From positions 6,386,001 to 6,450,000 of the forward strand of contig NC_135667.1 of NCBI RefSeq assembly GCF_964188315.1: a stretch of 64,000 nucleotides of DNA. The letters are read 5' to 3'. Origin of the DNA: Podarcis muralis (lineage: Eukaryota). The translations under genes were made by a program, and so were the position numbers. How positions within the stretch are numbered: position 1 is the stretch's first letter; each line of letters begins with the position of its first letter. Positions 1 to 9,589 of this stretch are shown here, piece by piece. Under the pieces are notes generated by a model. It ran no database searches. It saw nothing but the letters and a program-made list of their open reading frames with translations, and was not told the origin of the DNA.

Positions 1-25
1 TTATTAGCTGCTAATCCCCATGTTA

Positions 26-370
26 GGGACGTGGGTGGCGCTGTGGGTTAAACCACAGAGTTTACTGATCAGAAAGTCGGCGGTTCAAATCCCCACGACG
101 GGGTGAGCTCCTGTTGCTCGGTCCCTGCTCCTGCCAACCTAGCAGTTCAAAAGCATGAAGTGCAAGTAGATAAATAGGTACCACTCCAGCGGGAAGCTAA
201 ACGGCATTTCCGTGCGCTGCTCTGGTTCGCCAGAAGCGGCTTAGTCATGCAGGTCACATGACCCGGAAGCTGTATGCCGGCTCCCTCGGCCAATAAAGCG
301 AGATGAGCGCCGCAACCCCAGAGTCGGTCACGACTGGACCTAATGGTCAGGGGTCCCTTTACCTTTACCT
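26..370 (+). mobile_element. Sauria SINE (Squam1), full length, 14-bp TSD TAATCCCCATGTTA
   Basis: GGGACG..GGTGGCGCTGTGGGTTAAACC head, B-box, ACCTTT tail; TSD at 12-25 and 371-384. Confidence 0.9.
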
Positions 371-787
371 TAATCCCCATGTTACACCTCCCCAAACTAC
401 ATCACTCATTCATCTGGGTTTGTTATTTCTGGAATGGCTACCTGTCTGGCACTCAGGTACCAGGATGCCAGGGATTATCACTCAGGCAGAGGGGCTGCTG
501 AGGAGCTGAGCTCACATATCTATATGAATTTCTGAAGTTTTCCCAGTGAGCCAGTACAGAGATACATTTATCAGTGAATTCTTACATTTGGTATCGTGCA
601 GCAAAGTGTTTTGTGGGGACAAATCACCGAAGTCACAAAAGCGATTGTGCTGATTTCGGTAGTGGGCTGCATGTGCATGATATCTGCTGAAGGGGCAACA
701 CCCCCCCCCAACCTATACATAAATTCCTGCAACAGCCTCTTAGCTGGGATTTGCCCCCCCCCCAAGTTTGTAGGATTATTTTGCTAG

Positions 788-1446
788 TGTTGTAACCAAA
801 ATCTGCCCTTTTTCCCTTGTGGGGTATCAAAGAGCCCATATAGAGTCCTGGCTTGAGTTCCCTATTGGTAGGAGAAAATAACAGAGGCCAACCAGAGGAT
901 ATTGAGAAGCAAAGCTGCTAGTATGCCTGATCTTTATTGATCTGTTGCAACAGGGTGCTCCCCTCACACGCAGGAACGGAGGACCCAGAACCAAGGTGTG
1001 CCTGCCCTTATTTTAAATATTAAATTCCTTGCCCTGGAGCTCCAGATCACCCCTCCATATATCATGCATACATCACAGAAGGGGTGTAACCCAAGACCAC
1101 CCCCCACAAACATCATCCCTACATCACAGAAAAGGTGGTCTACAACAGAAATTTGAATGTTGTTGTTTTTCCTGTCTGCCAGGTTATCTGATAATGCCTT
1201 ATCTGATTGCCTTTCCTGGTAGTCTGTCCACTCCTTTGAAATGGTGTTTACTAAATTCCTGTAACAAGGAAGGGGTTTTTTTTCACTTCCTCCCTCCTTG
1301 CAGAGAAACGTTTGGTCAGCTTGGGAGTCAAAATGGTTTCAGGACTGTCTTCCTGCACTGCTCCAGACATGTGGTTTATATATTTATGTACGTGTTTGCT
1401 TGGTACGTTTAGGAACATTTATTATCTATCTAAGACCTTAAAATTC
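788..1446 (-). mobile_element. LTR (ERV/gypsy-like), same family as 37833-38734; its other end is disrupted by an L1-like tail
   Basis: Terminus TGTTGTAA on +, AATAAA on -; long alignment to 37833-38734 and 34908-35180. Confidence 0.7.
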
Positions 1447-1829
1447 TTTTTTTTTAAAAAGATTTCTTATTTAATTAATTTTTATTAAATACAAAAAAAA
1501 ATCAAATAATAAAGAAACAAATCTCACACATATACACATGAACATAATTATTTATACATCTGTAAAGCAATATTCGAAAAGAAGAGGAAAAAAGAGAATA
1601 AAAGAAGAAAGAAAAGTTAAAAATAGAAATTTAGAAAATAGAAGTGTTCACCATAAACAACAATTTCAGATCTATACTTGCATACAATTTTATGTTTCCA
1701 TCTTGCAAAATATCAGTCTTAATTAAAATGTTTTAAAAGACTTCCACCGTTTACGCCACACGTCTTTTATACTTCTTATACTTCTTCTTATTACACTAGG
1801 GGATTTTTTTTAAAAGTGGGGGTGTCGCG

Positions 1830-2165
1830 ATGCAGGGCTACGTGGCTGCGAGGGCGCCGTCGACCCTGCAAAGTTCTTTTTCTTTCTTTTTCTTTCTTGC
1901 GAAATGTTCACATTCCTTGGGAAATTGTGTTTCGTCCCTACCGGGGCTATTTCTGTGCAAGGCGACCCCGTCGATGCGTCGGGGGCGGGGGAGGGAAAGG
2001 GAAAGGGGGCGGCCGCGGGGGCGGAACGTGTGAATGCGAAAGCGAAAGTGAAGGTGCGGAGCTGAGCTGCTTGCAGGAAGGGGCGGTCGGCGAGGCTGTT
2101 TTCCGCTTCTTCTGTTCGGATTCTTTCCCTCCCTGCCTCAACAAGACCCCCCCGACAACGCCACG
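1830..2165 (+). promoter_or_regulatory. PSME2 CpG-rich promoter/5'UTR with GC boxes and an IRF-E/ISRE (GAAAGCGAAAGTGAA, 2038-2052)
   Basis: CpG-dense stretch with GGGGCGG boxes and a tandem GAAA-N2-GAAA motif about 115 nt upstream of the ATG. PA28 genes are interferon-inducible in mammals. Confidence 0.7.
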
Positions 2166-5100
2166 ATGGCCAAATCCTGCACCATCCAAGTCAGCAAGGA
2201 GTCCCGTGAAAAGGTGCGGAGTTTGGGGGGGGGGTGGAACTGGGTGCAAATCGGGGTCAAGTCTGGCAGGGGGTCAAATGGAAGGTGCTCTAAAAATAGG
2301 GTGCGGGGACTAAGGTCCTTGCCCGGATCTGGTGGCTTCTGAGAAACGAGAGTGCCTCTGAGCATGTGCTGAGGGTTAGTTATAACTAAGCAGCCCTTTC
2401 CTCCCACCACCATTGCTCGCTTTCAGGCACGGACCAACCGGGGAACCGACCTGCAATTCCTACAAATGCATTTATTTGCTTCGATCCTATGCCACCCTTT
2501 TCAGCCAGGAGCTCAAGGTGGGGTTATGTGGTTCTTCTCCCCCTCCTCGTTTAATCCCCCACAACAACCCTGCGAGGTAGGTAGGTTAGGCTGAGCGAAG
2601 TGGTGACTGGCCCAAGGCCACACTCCATGGCTGAGCGGGGATTCGAACCCAGCTCTGACAGGTTCTCGTTTGACACTTAACCACTAGGCCACACTCCCTC
2701 TCTCTTATCCCAGATTTGGAGGGGCCCTCCTCTGCTTACTGCTGGGCGGAAAGGCACTCTGCACATGCTTGGGGGCATCTTCAGTTATATTCCCCAAAAG
2801 GCAGGCTTTGAAAGGGCGCAAGGCCACACCCAGTGGCTGAGTGGGGATTCGAACCCGGCTCTGACAGGTTCTCATTTGACACTTAACCACTAGGCCAGGA
2901 AGGTATTTCCTTCTCCTCCTGCAAGGAGGCTACATTTTAATATTTTAATGTTTCAATATTTTAATGTTGTGTTTTAATTTTTTTTAAGTTGTAATCATTC
3001 AACTTGTTATTATTATTGCTTGTAAACCGCTCTGAGCCCGTCCTTGGCTGAGGTATAAATAAAAATTATTATTATTATTATTTCCCCACCCCAGTATGGT
3101 CTGTGGGGACTTACGCCTAGGAAAGCAAGACTTAGGGCTGTATTCCCGTTGACATTGGTGGGGTTAGCTTTCAAATCAGCAGGCTGAAGACTGCGGGCTT
3201 ATTTCCATTATTTTCAGTTTATGAGTCAGTTATAATTTATAGCTATGTTGTCAGAGACTTGATAGCTGAGTTGGTAGAGCATGAGATTTATAATCTCAGG
3301 GCTGTGGGTCCGAGACGCACATTGGACAAAAGATTCACGCATTGCAGACACATGGGGGTCCCTTGCAAATACAGTGGTACCTCGGTTTAAGTACTTAATT
3401 CGTTCTGGAGGTCCGTTCTTCACCTGGAACTGTTCTTAACCTGAAGCACCACTTTAGTTAATGGGGCTTCCTGCTGCGCCACCAGAGCACGATTTCTGTT
3501 CTCATCCTGAAGCAAAGTTCTTAACCTGAAGCACTATTCCTGGGTTAGCGGAGAGTGTAACCTGAAGCGCATGTAATCTGAAGCGTATGTAACCTGAGGT
3601 ACCACTGTATACAATTCTGTGTGCCTCCTGGGACGTATAGGAATCCAGTAATAGGAGAGGAATCTATTGGCACCATAATAATAATAATAAATTTATTATT
3701 TATACCCCACCCATCTGGCTGGGTTTCTCCAGCCACTCTGGGCGGCTTCCAACAAAATATTAAAATACAGTGGTCTGTTAAACATTAAAAGTTTCCCTAA
3801 ACAGGGCTGCCTTCAGATGTCTTCTAAAAGTTTGGTGGTTGTTTTTCTCTTTGACATCTGGTGGGCGGCGTTCCTGTCCTTCTGTATTTTATTTCAGCCT
3901 CCACCCCTGCTACAGAAATCCCCTGTTTATTCTTAGACGGACGTGTCTGCACTTCTGCTAATTATTTACCTCAGGCATGGCTAACGGTGGCTTTCAGCCT
4001 CGAGGGCCAGATTCCAAAATGTTCAGGGGCCACATGGCGAAAATGGGTCTGGCCACACATACACATGCCCTCTCACATAATTATTATCATAGTAATTATT
4101 TTTATTTTTGTTTCATTTTATTTATACCCCGCCCATCTGGCTAGGTTTCCATGCACAAAAGCAAACAGCCCCTTTGATGATCTGTGCAGGTGGAATCTGT
4201 TTTGGAAAACCCGCCGTGTCTACATTTAATTCTGCCCCCCCTTTTCGTTGATGCCCAAATCTTGGATCTTGGGGAACGGCAGAAAAGGGAACCCACTTGG
4301 TGGCGGATCAGAGAGGGTTAGCCACACCTGATTTACATAGACTGCTATTTTATTTGGGCTACGTATAGACCATAAATGGGACGCGGGTGGCGCTGTGGGT
4401 AAAACCTCAGTGCCTAGGACTTGCCGATTGCATGGTCGGCGGTTCGAATCCCCGCGGCGGGGTGAGCTCCCGTCTTTCGGTCCCAGCTCCTGCCCACCTA
4501 GCAGTTCGAAAGCACCCTTAAAAAGTGCAAGTAGATAAATAGGGACCGCTTTATAGCGGGAAGGTAAACGGCGTTTCCGTGTGCGGCTCTGGCTCGCCAG
4601 ATGCAGCTTGTCACACTGGCCACGTGACCCGGAAGTGTCTGCGGACGGCGCCGGCTCACGGCCTCTAGAGTGAGATGAGCGCACAACCCTAGAGTTGGTC
4701 ACGACTGGCCCGTACGGGCAGGGGTACCTTTACCTTTTAAGACACCCCGCTCCTCAAGAATCCTGGGAAATGAAGTTTGTTCAGGGTGCTGGGAATCATA
4801 GCTCTGTTTGTGGTGGTGGGGAAACTAAAATTCCCAAGTTTCTCGGATGTACAGTATATGGTTTAAATGAATGTTGTTGGGTTTTTTTTTTTTTAAAAAA
4901 AAAAGCTTGCATGAAACATGTTGAAGTCAACATTAAAACATATTTGGACATATCTGTAGAGATGGGGTCTATTCACTGCTTTGTGGAATTTTTCTGGCAG
5001 GATTCCTAAAATATGGACTTTTTTTATCCAGGGAAACATTGCTATTCCAGAGAACTTGTGTGTTATGTGCTGCTGTTCTGTAACATTCGTGCTGAGTCCC

Positions 5101-8100
5101 AGAAGCGGTTAGGGTTTCACAATCTCTCTTTCTCTCCCTTAGATGGCTGTTTTCAGAGCATCCCTTTTGCAAGAGGTAAGCCTCTTTCGCTTTATAATCC
5201 CGCCCCTCAAATCTCTCCAAATACAGTGGTGCCTCGCAAGACGAAAATAATCCGTTCCGCGAGTCTCTTCGTCTAGCGGTTTTTTCGTCTTGCGAAGCAA
5301 CCCTATTAGTGGATTAGCGCTATTAGCGGTTTAGCGGCTATTAAAGGCTTAGCGGCTAAAAGGCTATTAGCGGCTTAGAAAAAGGGGGGGGAGCGGAAAA
5401 AAATCGCAAGACTCGCAAGACGTTTTCGTCTTGCGAAGCAAGCCCATAGGGAAAATCGTCTTGCGAAGCAACTCAAAAACGGAAAACCCTTTCGTCTAGC
5501 GGGTTTTTCGTCTTGCGAGGCATTCGTCTTGCGGGGCACCACTGTACCCCTCTCCCAAAAGGTAATTTGTTTCTTTTAATTCCCCCCCCCCCCATCTTGC
5601 AGGGCGAAGAATTTCTGTGCTCGTTTTTGCCCAGGAAAATACTGCAATTGGATCAGTTTCTCAAGGTAAGAGAACACCAGCAGGACCCCTCAGGGTGGCC
5701 AAATCCTTTTTCGGAGACGAATTTATATAACTCCCCCTTTATCTTTTTTTTAAAAAAAATAATTTTAATAAAATGTACCACAAAACTTATCACTTATACA
5801 ATCTTTTTGGACTTCCATCAGCACCTCTGATGATCCACCGTTTTCACCACTTCTTATGCATTTCTTAACTTTATATTGCCTTTACATCTCTTAACAAATC
5901 ATCCTTCCCCTTCTCCATTTTGGCAATACTTTCAATAAGACTCCTCACAAAACTTCTTGCAAACCTACAAAAGCCGTCTGATCTTCACAAATACTTTTCA
6001 AATAGTCTGTAAATTTATTTCTGGTCCCGCCGGTTTTGAATCCTTCCTGTTAGTTTATCTAATTCTGCATAGTCCATTAACTTCATCCTCCATTCTTCAA
6101 TCGTCGGTAATTCTTCTTGCTTCCATTTTTGGGCCAGTAATATTCTTGCTGCTGTTATTGCATATAAAAAGAGCTTACCTTCCTTTCTATTTATATCACT
6201 CCCAACAATGCCCAGTAAAAATGCTTCTGGTTTCTTTATAAATGTATATTTCCACATTTTTTTCATCTCATTATATATCATCTCCCAGAAGCATTTCACC
6301 TTTTTACATTCCCACCACATGTGATAAAATGTTCCCTCTTTTTCTTTACATTTCCAACATTTATTACTGACTTTATACATTTTCGCTAACTTCTTTCTCC
6401 CTTTATCTTGATCCCTGTCCCCTTATTTATTTTCTTGCTTACATTTGCACTTAAAAAGTTATATTTACACCCCACCCCGTCCATGTTTTTTCTCCTTTCC
6501 TCATTATAACCTCACAACAACCCCGTGAGGTATAGGCCACACTGAGAGTCTGTGTCTGGTCCGAGGTTGTCCAGTGAGCTTCATAGCTGTGTGAGGACTT
6601 GAAACTCAAACTCCCAGGTCCTAATGCAATATTTGAGCCACACGGATTTTTTTCCTGTTTCCCTTTCTTTCTCTAAAACCAATTCCTTCCTTCCTATTCC
6701 CCTCGGAGAACTACAAGTCCCAGAGTTCCTTGGGGAGAGGGATCAATTGTTTAACCCCTCTGCAGATTGCAGCTCTGGGTCTCCTAACAATTTTCAGCAG
6801 CGCCCTTAATAAATTACAGCTCCCGTAATTTCTCTTGGGGTGAAACCACGACTCTGGGGTGAAACCAGAGGCTGCTTCAGATCTGTAGTGCAGATTAGGC
6901 CCCAGGGAGCAGTTATGGGGCCTTCCCAAGTCCTAGTCCGGTGCTCCAACCACTATACCACACTGCCTTTACATAGCTGCCCTATAACAATAGTTCTCTT
7001 TTCAGGAAGGGGCGCTGAACGTTAAAGATTTGACCACCCTCCGTGCCCCGCTGGACATCCCCATTCCAGACCCCCCTCCCAAAGATGATGAGGTGAGTTG
7101 TTTGAGGGGTCTTCTTCTCTACCCCCCCCCCCCAAGAAAACCCAAAATCCACCTGCAAGGATAAGGATCAGGGCCGGATTTAGGTTTGATGAGGCCCTCA
7201 GCTACTGATGGCAATGGGGCCCTTTATACGTCCAGCTGTCCTTTGTCAACAACAAACTGTCGCTGTTTTGGGGGTTGAGTATATGCCATATGGTCATTTA
7301 TGGACCTCATAGGTATCTAAAGCCATTTGCACATAACAAATAGGAGCCTACACAACACAAAACACTGTTGCTGTATGTATATTTTATTTTATTTGTTTTT
7401 TATCTTATATTTTGGAAATACACATCCAGGTGGTTTTCCCCCTTTAAATTTTTGGGGGGCCCCCAAGAGAGTGGGGCCCTAAGCTATAGCTTGTTTAGCT
7501 TATACATAAATCCAGCACTGATTAAGGATGTAACAGCATTTGCTGGTGTTTGTTTTTATCATACAGATGGAGACAGAGAAGGACAAGGACAAGGAAGGTG
7601 AGAGAGGGGTCTTCAGTTGGAAGGAAGGGAAATAAGATTTTGGGATGAGCGCAAATAATATTCCATTGCATTTTGGGGACTGACTTTCACTTTCTGCCCC
7701 CTGTAGCTCCGAAATGCGGCTACCTTAAGTCCAACGAAGCAATCATTTCGCTTTTGGATCGCGTCAAACCCGAAGTCCGGGAGTTCAAAGAGAAATGCCT
7801 ACTGGTAAATATTTTGTTCCCCTTTTCCTTTTTTACGACATGCACAACGCAGAAAGCGCGGTCCTAGCGATGGGCGGAAATTAAAACGTAAAAAGCGAAA
7901 CTCTAAAATTACGTCGGTTGGGGAAAGCTTGTAAAAAGACGAAATTTTTAAAAAACCGGCGCTTACCTGTGGCTTAAGCAACGGAAAGCCCAGATTGTGA
8001 AAGGAAGGGAAGAGGTGAGGATAAAAAGGGTCTTCAGATAGAATATCAGCGTTATTTGGTTGCCACGGCTAGTTCAAGATTTGCAAGGCTTGTCTTGCGG

Positions 8101-9548
8101 AAGGTATGCGTAACGAAGGAAGGGCCAAATTGTATAAAAAGTGCCTAGAGGCTGTAGTCTGTTAAAAATCTTAAATTATGTGTGGTTTTTCTCAGATGTG
8201 CATTTGGCCTAGCTGGCAAAAATGAGCCCTTCGTTCGATGCTCCCTCAGTTTTCTTTCTCCACGTTCCCCTCAGGTGACAACCTGGATTCAGTACATGAT
8301 TCCCAAAATTGAGGACGGCAACGATTTTGGCGTGGCGGTTCAGGTAAGAGGAAGCGAGGCGCTCGGAGAATCCGCCCCTCGCCTGCCGCCGATCCACAGC
8401 CTGCCCCCCCCATCGAACACAGCAAGGCAACCCAACTCCCACTGACAATTATGTCCCTAAAGGTAAAGGGACCCCTGACCATTAGGTCCAGTCGTGACCG
8501 ACTCTGGGGTTGCGGCGCTCGTCTCGCTTTATTGGCCGAGGGAGCCGGCGTACAGCTTCCGGGTCATGTGGCCACCATGACTAAGCCGCTTCTGGCGAAC
8601 CAGAGCAGCGCACAGAAACGCCGTTTACCTTCCCGCTGGAGCGGTACCTATTTATCTACTTGCACTTTGACGTGCTTTCGAACTGCTAGGTTGGCAGGAG
8701 CAGGGAGCGAGCAACGGGAGCTCACCCCGTCGTGAGGATTCGAACCGCCGACCTTCTGATCGGCAAGTCCTAGGCTCTGTGGTTTAACCCACAGTACCAC
8801 CCGCGTCCTTAGACATCCTCAAAAGCCTTTGATTGCTTAGAATGGCAATACCTATTAGCAGTATTAACTAGCATGAAATTTGGCCCCAACTTCCTACAAA
8901 TCATCAGAGAAATATACTCCCAAGCCTCAGCAAAATGCAGAACTAACGATATGGACTATAGCAATCCAAACAGGCACAAAACAAGGATGTCCACTCTCCC
9001 TTCTTACTTATTTGAATTGATTTTAAAATGAATTGATTTTAGAATGCTTTGTTACTTTTATTGTTGTTAGCCGCTCTGAGCCCGGCTTCAGCTGGGGAGG
9101 GTGGGATATAAATAAATTATTATCAGTATCATTATTATCCTGCCTCTGGAACCCTTAGCAATCCAAATCCAAGCAGCCACAGACATCAAGGGAGTGGAAA
9201 TAGAAGGCAGAACCTATAAATTAGGGCTCTTTGCAGACGACCTAATGGTCACAACACCAGACCCCATAAGCACAGCAACCTCCCTAACTGGAGAACTCAA
9301 CACATTTGCAATGGTGTCGGGCCTGCAGGTAAATTTTGCAAAGTCAGAAGCTATGTGCTTCAACACCCCTCCTCACACCCAAAAATAATTCACTAATGTC
9401 ACCAAGATAAAACTTTGCCACACCAAGTTCAGATACCATGGGGTACAAATAACCAGAAACCTCAATAAATTATACCTCCACAACTACAAGCCCCTGTGGC
9501 GACAAATTAACAAAGACCTAAAGAGATGGAACAACATGATAGATAGAT

Positions 9549-9589
<41 letters not shown>

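Noticed and set aside
147-395. Recurrent ORFs (KVKGPLT...[11 protein letters not shown]...) suggesting a gene family
   Set aside because: These are translations of Sauria SINE copies, not genes.
2290-2299. Perfect MEF2 site CTAAAAATAG in PSME2 intron 1 as a distal FITM1 enhancer
   Set aside because: A single 10-mer about 41 kb away with no supporting context.
1816-2313. 165-aa ORF or RNF31 exon at the PSME2 promoter
   Set aside because: GC-rich promoter artefact; no similarity to the RNF31 N-terminus that I can recognise on either strand.
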